Shown: positions 18,433-27,318 of the stretch, in pieces
Layout of the letters: each line of letters begins with the position of its first letter
Numbering within the stretch: the first letter of the stretch is position 1
From: Limisphaerales bacterium
Lineage (GTDB): Bacteria; Verrucomicrobiota; Verrucomicrobiia; Limisphaerales; CAIMTB01
DNA length: 64,000 nucleotides
Assembly (NCBI GenBank): GCA_050250555.1
Contig: JBFWOK010000004.1
Span: forward strand, 17,526-81,525
Reading direction: 5' to 3'
Notes under the pieces: generated by a model
What the model saw: the letters and a program-made list of their open reading frames with translations, nothing else
Database searches by the model: none
What the model was told of the DNA's origin: nothing
Translations under genes and position numbers: made by a program

Positions 18433-20922
18433 GTGAATGATTTATTTCATGCCGTGAACCCGATCCGACCGCGTTGGTTCGTCCGGAACCTGGAATCCGC
18501 CCGCAAGGTCCTGCCCGTGGCCCTCCCGCCGCATCCCCATCGCCGCAGCCGTGCCGCCAACGGACTCCGCCTGCTCGTCCTCCTTCCCCTCCTGCTCGCC
18601 GGCGCTCCACCCGCTCCCGCCGCCGCCGACCAGAACTTCCTCGGCCAACCCAACACCGCCCGCGCCCACCCGGCCGACACACCCACCGCGACCACTCCCC
18701 GAACCCGCCGGATCCTGTACAACCTCGACGGCGATTCCTGCATGACCCTCCGGGCCGGACGCACCGGACCCGGCCCGATCACCGCCGCCGATCTCACCAA
18801 CCTCGTCGCCGAAATCACCCGGCCCGGCAGCCAACTCGACACCGTTCTGGTCTGCGTCAACGCCCAGGTGATGTACTACCCCACCGCCGTGGGCACCCTT
18901 CGCGGCACCCGTTCCACCCCCGAGGAACGCGCCCGCTGGTCCTCCCACGAGCGCCAGCGCTTCGCCAATCTCGACGCCTTCTTCGCCCAGGGACTCGATC
19001 CCTACGCCGTTCTCTTCGCCGAAGCCCGGCGCTGCGGACTCGAGACTCTCCTCACGTTCCGCATGAACGACGCCCACGGGAATGATTTTCTCCGAACCGC
19101 GTTCTGGGAACGCCATCCCGGGTTCCGCCTCGGCAAAGGCGCCCTCGATTTCGCCCATGACGCGGTCCGCGACCATGTGTTCGAACTCATCCGGGAGACG
19201 GTCCGCCGCTACGATGTCGACGGCCTCGAACTGGACTTCCTGCGGTTCCCCACGTTCTTCAAGGCCGGCGACCCCGCGGAGAACAAAGCGAGAATGAACG
19301 GTCTCGTCCGCCGCGTCCGGGAGTTCCTCGACGCCGAAAGCGCCCGCCGCGGACGCCCGCTGGTGCTCGGAGTGCGCGCGCCCTCCGATTACGGTCGGAC
19401 CCGCCCGACCTACGCCCATTCCGTCGCCGCACCGAGAGCCTGCGATGTCGCCGAATGGACCCGAAGCGGCTGGATCGATTTCCTCACTGTCAGCGACTGG
19501 CTCTTCAACGGCGACACCCTCGACCTCGCCGACTGGCGCCGTCATGTGCCCGGAATCCCGATCTACGCCGCCATCCAGCCCGAAACCCGGCCCTCGTCGA
19601 ATCCGACCCGTTGCGAGCATTGCCTGGGCGCGGACGGATATCGCCTCGCCGCCCGCGAACGCTGGGCGGACGGCGCCGATGGCATCTACCTGTTCAATTT
19701 CTTCACCGCCCGCGAGTGGCCCGAACCCGCCGAACCGCCCTTCGAGGTGCTCTCCGAGATCGGCGAACCCCGCGGGATCACCGAACGCATCCCCATCCTC
19801 GGCTGGCACAGCATCCCCGAACGCGAGTTGTCCCTGGAACGGTTCCAGGAACTCGCCGGCATGGGCCTGACCCTCAGCCTCATGCACTACAGCCCCGAAG
19901 GAAACCTGAAGGCCCTCGACCTCGCCGCCCGGACCGGGGTCCGCCTTTTCATCGGCGATTCCCGATTCCGCCAACCCGGCCCCGAGCTGGACGAAGCCGT
20001 CCGCACCTACCGCCAACACCCCGCGCTCGCCGGGTACACACTCAAGGACGAACCCAGCCTCGCCGAGTTTCCAACCCTCGCCGCCGCCCGCGATGCGCTC
20101 GCCGCCGCCGACCCGGACCCGGCCCACGGGAGCTACGTGAACCTCTTTCCCACTTACGCCAGCCCCGCCCAACTCGGCTGCCCCACCTACCCGGAACACC
20201 TGCGCCGCTTCGTCCTCGAATTCCGCCCTCAGGTCCTGAGCTTCGATCACTACCCGATCCTCGACGGCGGTGCCGTCCGCCCCGATTACTACCAGAACCT
20301 CGAGTGGATCCGCCGCGCCGCCCTCGACGCCGGCGTGCCCTTCTGGGCCTTCGCCCTCGCCTGCCCCCACAAGCCCTATCCCACCCCCACCGCCGGTCAT
20401 GTCCGCCTCCAGGCCTGGAGCAACTTCGCCTACGGCGCCCGCGCCCTGCAGTACTTCACCTACTGGACTCCCAACCCGGGAACCTGGGACTTCCACGACG
20501 CCCCCATCCGCCTCGACGGCTCCCGCAGCCCGACCTACGACCTGCTCCGCGCCTTCAACCGGGACGTCCAGGCCTGCGCCGACGTCCTCCTCCGCAGCCG
20601 CGTGACCGCCGTCTTCCACACCGAACCCCTCCCCGCCGGCACCACCGCCGCGGATGCCGCCTGCCCCTTCCAAACCATCGAAGGCGGACCGGCGCTCGTC
20701 GGACTGCATGTCCTCCCCGACGACCGCCGCTATGCCCTCGTCGTCAACCGTTCCCCCACCGAACCCGCCACGCTTCGACTCACGCTTCGCGATGAGGTCC
20801 GGCGCGTTTCCTGGGAGCATCCCGTCGCCGGGGCGCGCCTCCACGAATCGACGAACCGCGTCGCCACCCTCGCCCTCGAACCCGGCGCCGCCGCCCTCCT
20901 CCGCATCCATCCCGCACCATGA
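18433..20922 (+). CDS. secreted two-domain glycoside-hydrolase-like protein (TIM-barrel-like modules)
   Basis: This is the real gene inside track ORF 17137..20922; the 5' part of that ORF overlaps the CRTAC1-like gene out of frame. Signal peptide RLLVLLPLLLAGAPPAPAAA. FRMNDAHGNDF...VDGLELDFLRFP resembles GH-like family 10 proteins. The C-terminal half (YTLKDEPS...FDHYPI) resembles GH42-type barrels. Candidate starts are GTG at 18433, 18454 or 18517. Confidence 0.55.
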   Translation: MNDLFHAVNPIRPRWFVRNLESARKVLPVALPPHPHRRSRAANGLRLLVLLPLLLAGAPPAPAAADQNFLGQPNTARAHPADTPTATTPRTRRILYNLDGDSCMTLRAGRTGPGPITAADLTNLVAEITRPGSQLDTVLVCVNAQVMYYPTAVGTLRGTRSTPEERARWSSHERQRFANLDAFFAQGLDPYAVLFAEARRCGLETLLTFRMNDAHGNDFLRTAFWERHPGFRLGKGALDFAHDAVRDHVFELIRETVRRYDVDGLELDFLRFPTFFKAGDPAENKARMNGLVRRVREFLDAESARRGRPLVLGVRAPSDYGRTRPTYAHSVAAPRACDVAEWTRSGWIDFLTVSDWLFNGDTLDLADWRRHVPGIPIYAAIQPETRPSSNPTRCEHCLGADGYRLAARERWADGADGIYLFNFFTAREWPEPAEPPFEVLSEIGEPRGITERIPILGWHSIPERELSLERFQELAGMGLTLSLMHYSPEGNLKALDLAARTGVRLFIGDSRFRQPGPELDEAVRTYRQHPALAGYTLKDEPSLAEFPTLAAARDALAAADPDPAHGSYVNLFPTYASPAQLGCPTYPEHLRRFVLEFRPQVLSFDHYPILDGGAVRPDYYQNLEWIRRAALDAGVPFWAFALACPHKPYPTPTAGHVRLQAWSNFAYGARALQYFTYWTPNPGTWDFHDAPIRLDGSRSPTYDLLRAFNRDVQACADVLLRSRVTAVFHTEPLPAGTTAADAACPFQTIEGGPALVGLHVLPDDRRYALVVNRSPTEPATLRLTLRDEVRRVSWEHPVAGARLHESTNRVATLALEPGAAALLRIHPAP

Positions 20923-20955
20923 ACAACAACCCGCATAGGTCGCCGCACCGTCGAC
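20867..20955. repeat. left copy of an ~89-bp direct repeat flanking the vapBC cassette
   Basis: ccctcgccctcgaacccggcgccgccgccctcctccgcatccatcccgcaccatgaacaacaaccc... The first 64 nt are identical to 21842-21905. There are 5 mismatches overall. Confidence 0.9.
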
Positions 20956-21037
20956 GGGGACCGTTTTGAACGCGCCCGGCATCAACATAGGTGTCGACCA
21001 AAACGCACAAGGATGCTTTGATGCGTTTGGTGATTTG

Positions 21038-21322
21038 ATGAGAACTACAATCGATTTGCCGGAGGATCTTCTGAGGCAGGCCAAGGCTCGGGCCGCTCTC
21101 GACGGGAAGAAGTTGAAGGACCTCCTCACCGTGTTCATTCAAGAAGGTCTTCGTAGACGCGATTCGAGCCGAACAGACGCACGCGGGAGATCGCTCGGAC
21201 GCCGATCTCCGCCGCCCGTGCTCGTTCCACGCCGCGGAGTCCCCATCCCGGCGGTTTCGCCCGACGCGCTCCGCCAACTGGAGGACCAGGAAGACGAAGC
21301 CCGACATGCGCGACCTGCTTGA
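21038..21322 (+). CDS. vapB: VapB-type antitoxin
   Basis: MRTTIDLPEDLLRQAKARAALDGKKLKDLLTVFIQEGL is a typical antitoxin N-terminus. The gene overlaps the downstream PIN gene by 17 nt. Confidence 0.65.
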   Translation: MRTTIDLPEDLLRQAKARAALDGKKLKDLLTVFIQEGLRRRDSSRTDARGRSLGRRSPPPVLVPRRGVPIPAVSPDALRQLEDQEDEARHARPA

Positions 21323-21734
21323 CTCCAGTGTGTGGCTCCCGCTCTCGGCCCCGGATCATGTCCACTACTCACGCGCCAGAGCGTACTGGACCAAAGAAGC
21401 GGACGAGGAACTCGCGTTTTGTCGAGTCACAGCGTTGGCTCTGCTCCGCCACCTGACCCATCCGCGAATCATGGGCGCGGCAGCTCTTGATGGCGCGGCC
21501 TCATGGACAGCGCTCGGGAAGTGGCTGGCCACGCCGCGCATCCATCTCATTCCGGAGCCGGCTGGAATCGACGAGTGGTTGCGTCGATGGAGCGTCCACC
21601 TGGATCTTCGAGGCGGCGCATGGACGGACGCGTACCTCGCCGCTTTCGCCATGGCCTCCGATTGCCGCCTGGTCGCATTCGACGCGGGATACAGCCGCTA
21701 CCCCGGACTTCGCTTCCTGCATCTCCAGCCATAG
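21306..21734 (+). CDS. vapC: PIN-domain toxin VapC
   Basis: LLDSSVWL (first acidic residue), FCRVTALALLRHLT, WTDAYLAAFA and LVAFDAGY are canonical PIN motifs. Confidence 0.8.
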   Translation: MRDLLDSSVWLPLSAPDHVHYSRARAYWTKEADEELAFCRVTALALLRHLTHPRIMGAAALDGAASWTALGKWLATPRIHLIPEPAGIDEWLRRWSVHLDLRGGAWTDAYLAAFAMASDCRLVAFDAGYSRYPGLRFLHLQP

Positions 21735-21841
21735 TTCAACCTCTGGTTCCGATTGAAATGGAAGATCGGCTCAATTCTGAGCCGGCAGCCTCACAATGGT
21801 CGCTTGTGGATGTTTTATACCCATTGTCTTTCACCGCACCG

Positions 21842-21930
21842 CCCTCGCCCTCGAACCCGGCGCCGCCGCCCTCCTCCGCATCCATCCCGCACCATGAACA
21901 ACAACCCACACGGGCCACCGCACCGTCGAC
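21842..21930. repeat. right copy of the ~89-bp direct repeat flanking the vapBC cassette
   Basis: See 20867-20955. This copy carries the functional ATG (21894) of the downstream gene, plus a dead copy of the upstream gene's 3' end (..ALEPGAAALLRIHPAP*). Confidence 0.9.
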
Positions 21931-23399
21931 CAGGACCCTTTGCCTCGGCGCTCGGCCTGTTCCTCTTCCTCCTGACACCCGTCCTCGAACCGCCCTCGTC
22001 CGCCCTTGCCGCGCCTCCCCCACTCCCCGCGCCCCGGATGACCTACCTCGACAACGGCAAGGTCCGCATCGGTATGGACCTCGCCCTCGGCGGCGCCGTC
22101 ACTTTCCTCTCCAGCCCCGACCACGCCGGCAACCTCATCAACAGCGCCGATCTCGGCCGCCAGATCCAGATGTCCCACTACTCCGGCCCCTGGCCCTTCG
22201 TCGCCGGAGACAAACAACCCGCCCCCCAATGGGCCGGCCTCGGCTGGAATCCGATCCAAACCGGCGACTGCCACCACAATCCCTCAACGGTCACCGACCA
22301 CCGCAACGACGGCCGCGAGCTCTACATCCGTTGCGTCCCCATGCAGTGGCCCCACGACAACGTCCCCGGCGACTGCGTCTTCGAAACCTGGACCACCCTC
22401 GACGGCCCCGTCGCCCGCCTGCGCTTCCGCTGCACCAACCGGCGCGCCGACACCACCCGCTACCGGCCCTGCCCCCAGGAACTCCCCGCCGTCTACACCA
22501 TCTCCCGCCTCTCCCGCCTTATGGCCTACACCGGCGACCAACCGTTCACCGGCGCCCCCCTCACCCACGTCCGCAACGACTGGAAACAACCCTGGCCCTG
22601 GACCCGCTTCACCGCCACCGAACGCTGGGCCGCCCTCGTCGATGACTCCGATTTCGGCCTCGGTGTCTTCAAGGACGACGGCGGTGAGTTCCACGGCGGC
22701 ATCCATGGCGAAGGCCGGTCCGACGACCCGAAACACGGCTCCACCGCCTACGTCGCCCCCATCCACCGCGAGAACTTCGATCACAACATCGTCTACGAAC
22801 ACCGCACCGACCTCATGGTCGGCCGCCTCGACGACATCCGACACCGGTTCAACGCCCTCGCCACCCGCACGCCCCCGGACTGGCGCTTCGACACCGACCG
22901 CCAGCACTGGACCCTCGTCGGGGCCACCGACGACGGCTTCCCCTGGAAGGGCGAGTGGCGCCTCCGCTTCGACACCCGGAAACCCCGCCTCGAAGGCCCC
23001 ACCCAATGCTGGCGCGCCGAACACGGCCCGATCCTCGAAATCGAGGCCGCCCGCCACGGTCGCGCCATCCAAGCCCGCGTGTTCTGGAAACGCCTCGACG
23101 ATGACGGGTTCGACGCCTCGAAGAGCCTCCCGTTCGAACTCCCCGCCGACGGCACCTTCCACACGCTCCGGGTGGACCTCGCCGTTTCCCCCGAATACCG
23201 CGGGCTCCTCACCGGCCTCGCCCTCGAACCCGTCGCCGATCATCCCCGGGGCCGGGCGGACGGCGAACTGATCCTCCGACGCATCACCCTGCGCGAACGC
23301 GATGCCCCGGCGCCCGCCGCGGCCCCGCGCGCGGCTACGCAGCCCCAGCCCCAGCCCCAGCCCCAGCTCACCCTACCCCTTCCGGCCCCCGGGGCATGA
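21894..23399 (+). CDS. secreted hypothetical protein with a C-terminal (PQ)n tail
   Basis: ATG at 21894 and signal peptide FASALGLFLFLLTPVLEP. The ORF is long, with normal composition. No domain was recognised. Confidence 0.7.
   Translation: MNNNPHGPPHRRPGPFASALGLFLFLLTPVLEPPSSALAAPPPLPAPRMTYLDNGKVRIGMDLALGGAVTFLSSPDHAGNLINSADLGRQIQMSHYSGPWPFVAGDKQPAPQWAGLGWNPIQTGDCHHNPSTVTDHRNDGRELYIRCVPMQWPHDNVPGDCVFETWTTLDGPVARLRFRCTNRRADTTRYRPCPQELPAVYTISRLSRLMAYTGDQPFTGAPLTHVRNDWKQPWPWTRFTATERWAALVDDSDFGLGVFKDDGGEFHGGIHGEGRSDDPKHGSTAYVAPIHRENFDHNIVYEHRTDLMVGRLDDIRHRFNALATRTPPDWRFDTDRQHWTLVGATDDGFPWKGEWRLRFDTRKPRLEGPTQCWRAEHGPILEIEAARHGRAIQARVFWKRLDDDGFDASKSLPFELPADGTFHTLRVDLAVSPEYRGLLTGLALEPVADHPRGRADGELILRRITLRERDAPAPAAAPRAATQPQPQPQPQLTLPLPAPGA
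23340..23369 (+). repeat. hexanucleotide repeat (cagccc) x4, plus one imperfect unit
   Basis: Encodes QPQPQPQPQL at the C-terminus of the preceding CDS. Confidence 0.9.
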
Positions 23400-23780
23400 C
23401 AGGCCAGCACTTACGAGGTGTCACGCCAGCTCCCACCCCGGTCCACGGGGCGGCCATGAGGTGTGGAATACGCACCTCCGTACCCCGTTGTTCATTTTCT
23501 GGCCCGAGAATCCCAAAGGGATTTCGCCCCCAAGCCTAGGGTTGAATCGCACAGCGGGCTTACCCTGAGTTACGCATCATCCGAGCCACCAACACCAACG
23601 GTGTTGCGTCCGACGGCCATAATCCCGATGGAGTTGCAGGAACTCCGAGGCCTATTCGACGGATCCGTCCTGGCCCGAATAGAGGTACCCAGTCCCATTG
23701 TCTCCTGCTATCGCACCTCCAAATCAACCACCATGCCCATGTCGGAAGTCGCATTTCCGAGGCATGTCACTCGAATCGAT

Positions 23781-24263
23781 TTACCGCCGTTCCTCGGGGA
23801 AATCCAAGACTTCCAGACCCTCGGCCCGAGCGATCTTCGACTGCCGGTGGTCGAAGGTGAGAAACTGTTCGACGCCAAGGTGAAGGGCCGCCGCCACGTG
23901 AAGCACATCGCTCGCTCGAGCGCCGAGACGTTGGGTATGCTCTGCGGACAATTGAAGTGATCGAACGACGACCGCTTCCACATCCATCGCCACGCTTGTC
24001 AGCCCTCGCCGTCGCAGCAATTGGGCAAGACGAGCAACAGATGCGTCCATCTCTTCCTGGATGCGCTTACGTTCGCGTGCTGGCCGGACCTGGGACTCGT
24101 GGAAGGCGCGCTGTCGCAGGGCGTTCTCGACCTCGAGCTGATGAACCCATAGGTAAGGAAGAATGGGACGGCCAGCGTGCCGGTACGCGCCGATCGCCGC
24201 CTCGCTGTCGGCCTCACCCACGACCAACCGTAAAATGAAACTACTGTCGGCGTATGCGGTCAT
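23781..24263 (-). CDS. vapC: PIN-domain toxin (VapC family)
   Basis: MTAYADSSFILRLV..., SDVLHVAAALHLG, FLTFDHRQ. The ATG overlaps the antitoxin stop (ATGA). Confidence 0.8.
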   Translation of the reverse strand: MTAYADSSFILRLVVGEADSEAAIGAYRHAGRPILPYLWVHQLEVENALRQRAFHESQVRPARERKRIQEEMDASVARLAQLLRRRGLTSVAMDVEAVVVRSLQLSAEHTQRLGARASDVLHVAAALHLGVEQFLTFDHRQSKIARAEGLEVLDFPEERR

Positions 24264-24502
24264 CGTCGCGATTCGTCCAGGAGACGGGCAGCGCTGACGT
24301 TGCTGCAAGGCGCGGAAAGCGTCGCATCGAGGATCTCGTCGATGACCCGATCACGGCTCGGGTCGGATTCGACGGCCTCGGCAGCGCGAAGGACCCAGAG
24401 GGGCTCCTTGGCATCGGTGATTACGACCGTCTCACCCGCGCGGGTCCACTGCTTCACCTGACCAGGATCGCGCAGGAGGCGGCGAAGCGGGATCGTCTTC
24501 AT
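24260..24502 (-). CDS. Phd/YefM-like antitoxin
   Basis: MKTIPLRRLLRDPGQVKQWTRAGETVVITDAKEPLWVLR. Lies immediately upstream of the PIN gene and is translationally coupled to it. Confidence 0.6.
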   Translation of the reverse strand: MKTIPLRRLLRDPGQVKQWTRAGETVVITDAKEPLWVLRAAEAVESDPSRDRVIDEILDATLSAPCSNVSAARLLDESRR

Positions 24503-24612
24503 GCGTCAGACGCTACCGGCTGACGTTTGGACGGTCAACGTACCGGAAGAACCGGCCGGAAGAACCGGCTTGCGGCCCACCTGATTTCGGAGCGAGGGTT
24601 CGTCCGACGTGG

Positions 24613-24689
24613 GCGGCCGTAGCTCAATTGGCTAGAGCTTCTGACTTCGGATCAGAAGGTTGCAGGTTCGAGCCCTGCCGGCCGTACCA
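24613..24689 (+). tRNA. tRNA-Arg (anticodon UCG), with CCA encoded
   Basis: Cloverleaf folded by hand. Acceptor gcggccg/cggccgt (G1-U72 wobble). D arm gctc-aattggcta-gagc. Anticodon arm tctga-ctTCGga-tcaga. Variable loop aggtt. T arm gcagg-ttcgagc-cctgc. Discriminator a, then cca. Confidence 0.9.
24667..24689 (+). repeat. proximal att-like repeat (tRNA-Arg 3' end)
   Basis: ttcgagccctgccggccgtacca matches 28752-28774 at 22 of 23 positions. Confidence 0.9.
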
Positions 24690-24890
24690 TTCAGGATCAA
24701 CGTGTTACACCGATTCCTCAAGGGCCCATGGAGGAACGCTTCGTCAAAACTTGGCCACTTTCTGCGGGAATCGTGCGGCGCTGCCGGCTCTTGCCGCCCT
24801 GCATCCCAGGTCGGTTTGTCCCTTGACCGATAGGGGCGCCGGAATCCCGAAGAGGAATCCAACATCTAGACCCCGAACTCCCGAGGTTTC

Positions 24891-25424
24891 ATGCACGCCC
24901 TCAAGTCCGCAGCCGTTGCTGCACTCCTCGTTCTAGCCTTTCCCACCGGAGTCCATGCCCAAGACCCCGTGGCCAACGGCCTCGTGGCGTATTACCCGTT
25001 CAACGGGAGCGCGAACGACGAGAGCGGGAAGGGCAACCACGGCGCGATCATTGGGTACGACTGGAAATTCTCCTTCGACCGATTTGGCGGTGCGAACAGC
25101 CTTTACCTCAACACGACCTCGAACCCCACTTCGACTTTTGACGGAACCTACGTCGTCGTCCCCAGAAGTGCCTCCCTCGATTTCACCGCCGACTTCACTC
25201 TGAGCGTCTGGGTTAATCTGCCGAGCGGACTCATTTACCACGTCCACAACCTGATTTCCAACGGCCGCGATGACAGTGGAGCCAACCTTCGAATCGTGTC
25301 CCATGCGGCAACCGACGGACGAGATTACTTTCAGTATATCCACTCGCGCCGCCGGCAACACTCCAAGGCATTCCGCAAAATGCGGTGCCGGGATCCAAGG
25401 TCTGGCCCAGTTGACGTGACGTGA
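24891..25424 (+). pseudogene. LamG/concanavalin-A-like lectin domain protein, apparently truncated
   Basis: Signal peptide, then LVAYYPFNGSANDESGKGNHG...SLDFTADFTLSVWV (typical LamG N-terminal half). The sequence then degenerates (..HSRRRQHSKAFRKMRCRD*). About 420 nt of noncoding sequence follows. Confidence 0.45.
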
Positions 25425-25844
25425 CGCGACGCTCGGGTGTCTTTCCGCCCGCTCCCGTCCCTTCAACTTCTCCATTCAAGACCCCAAGTCCGAGGAGTCC
25501 CGCGGGCAAGGGTTCCCTTTTCGTGCCCCGACCGTCCCGGCACCTCCCAACCCCCAACCTCCAGCGTAGAACGACGGGCCCCACCGTGGGGCGCTCCTCA
25601 CGTGCAAGCCAGCATTCGCTTCCAGGTCATCGGGGCGATCCGATCCTTGCCGAGGTGCGGTCGGCAATTCACCGATTCCACGCAGCAACCACCAAGTTTC
25701 CAGGGCGTTTAACGTTTTTGACCTTCCGGCTCCGTAAGTTGCACGAGCATAGCGCATTGGAAGTATTTGACGCCACGCGATTCATCTGATGCCGCGCCGC
25801 AGTTCGGCATTGCTGCAGCTCTGCAATTCAGTAATGCTGCCGGG

Positions 25845-26066
25845 GTGAGCACTGTGGTCCAGATCAACCAGCGTGGGACGTTCACGATCCCCAAGGAACT
25901 TCGGGAGAAGTATGGCTTGGATCGTCAGGCGATTCTCGAGGAAACGCCCGACGGTCTCATCCTGCGTCCGGCAGCCACCTACCCGGTCGAGATCTATTCC
26001 GCTGAGCGTTTGGCCGAGTTCCAGAGGATGAACGAGGACGGTCTCCAAGGATTCGCCCTCAAGTGA
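25845..26066 (+). CDS. AbrB/MazE/SpoVT-family antitoxin
   Basis: VQINQRGTFTIPKELREKYGL is a swapped-hairpin motif. The stop overlaps the GTG of the PIN gene (GTGA). The GTG start at 25845 is tentative. Confidence 0.65.
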   Translation: MSTVVQINQRGTFTIPKELREKYGLDRQAILEETPDGLILRPAATYPVEIYSAERLAEFQRMNEDGLQGFALK

Positions 26067-26491
26067 AGGTCTTCCTCGACGCCAACGTGTTGTTCTCCGC
26101 CGCGTTGCCAGTAAGTCGGATGGGCGAATTTGTACGCTGCATGAGGAAGCATGCCGAACTGGCGAGCAGCCCCGCCGCCGTGGATGAAGCCCTGCGGAAT
26201 GTGGAACGAAAGCTCACCGACGCCACGGTGGTGGCCCGCAATCTTCAGGAACTACTGAAGGGCGTCAGCCTTTCCTCATCGGTGGTCGAATTGCCGGGCG
26301 TTGTACTGGTGGAAAAAGACCAACACATTTTGGGAGCCGCGGTGGCCTCCGCATGCTCGCACCTCCTGACCGGGGACCAGCGTCATTTCCAACACCTCTT
26401 CGGAAACGTCGTGGGTGGCGTACGGTTAGTCCACGCTGCCCAGCTGGCTGAGGAACTGGGGTTCCAACGGTCGCAACCCAACAACGGCTGA
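26063..26491 (+). CDS. PIN-domain toxin
   Basis: MKVFLDANVLFSAAL..., DQHILGAAVASACSHLLTGDQRHF. Confidence 0.75.
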   Translation: MKVFLDANVLFSAALPVSRMGEFVRCMRKHAELASSPAAVDEALRNVERKLTDATVVARNLQELLKGVSLSSSVVELPGVVLVEKDQHILGAAVASACSHLLTGDQRHFQHLFGNVVGGVRLVHAAQLAEELGFQRSQPNNG

Positions 26492-26721
26492 AACGCCCAC
26501 GACCATCCTCGGTCACCGGGCGGGAGCAAGCCGCGGTTCTGACTCATCATGCACCGGGCTTCTCAATTCCCGATGTAAGCTTCCATTGAAAACGCCCTGC
26601 GATCCGGGGCGACAGTCTGCGAGGAATCCAAGGATACGACAAACCTTCGGGCTCCGAGCCCCTTCAGATCGACCGGCCGAATGGGCGAGGAGTCGTTTGT
26701 TTGTTCGCACCTCGCCTGAGC

Positions 26722-27171
26722 TCAAACGCGCCCCGCCCGCATCGGAACTACAAAGGCACTTGGGATTCCTGTGTCCAACGTTGCGAGCTCAGACTGGTGC
26801 GCCTTCGCGAGAGCCAGCAGGTGCGCGTCCGTCGCTTGACTGGCACTTCGGCACCACTCGGGCCAGACCGTCGCCCATTGGTCGTCGGGCAGGAATTGGT
26901 GAACGGACCCCAGACTCGTCAGCATACCCGCCAGGGTTGTCCCCGCATCCGCGGGAGTGACCTGTCACTCGCACGGGACGCGCCCAATCCGTCTCGGTCG
27001 GTCCGCCTCGGGCTGCGCCCGCCTCCGCAGGTATTCCGAGACCGACAACTTCTGGCGCCGTGCCAACGGTGAACAACTCGGACGCCGGGCGATCAAACCC
27101 AATTCTTCGTCCCAGTGCTCGGCGAATCCTTGAACCACCGACAGCGACCACGACCACCCGATAGCCCCCAA
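26722..27171 (-). pseudogene. degenerate toxin-antitoxin locus: an RHH-like antitoxin ORF and a VapC C-terminal fragment in the same frame, separated by a TGA
   Basis: ..ARRQKLSVSEYLRRRAQ.. is like an RHH helix. It ends at the TGA at 26965-26967. The same frame continues as QVTPADAG...FLPDDQWATVWPEW...TDAHLLALAKAHQSELATLDTG, which is the C-terminal half of a PIN domain. The N-terminal acidic motif is absent. Confidence 0.4.
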
Positions 27172-27318
27172 TCGGCTTGCAGCGGCTCCCAGCCCCCTTC
27201 GCGCCCATCAAGCTCCTCGTGATTTCGGTTCTTCGGAGAATTGGGACCGCATCCGAAGCGGCATTCAAACATGGCACCAGATCTTTCGCGGCCGAAATGG
27301 TAAAAGGGCCCGGCCTCG

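Larger units (their letters stand above)
20956..21841. mobile_element. inserted vapBC toxin-antitoxin cassette, with no recombinase
   Basis: The segment lies between the two ~89-bp repeat copies. The copies duplicate the overlapping stop/start junction (ccATGAac) of the flanking genes. Confidence 0.4.

Noticed and set aside
16043-21138. Minus-strand ORFs 16043..17845 (600 aa) and 18442..21138 (898 aa)
   Set aside because: They are antisense shadows of the FG-GAP/ASPIC and glycosidase-like genes, with Gly/Glu/Arg/Ala-rich low-complexity translations.
23463-23960. 165-aa + strand ORF
   Set aside because: Its 3' half is antisense to the PIN toxin gene and its 5' half lies in repeat-like noncoding sequence. 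No motifs were found.
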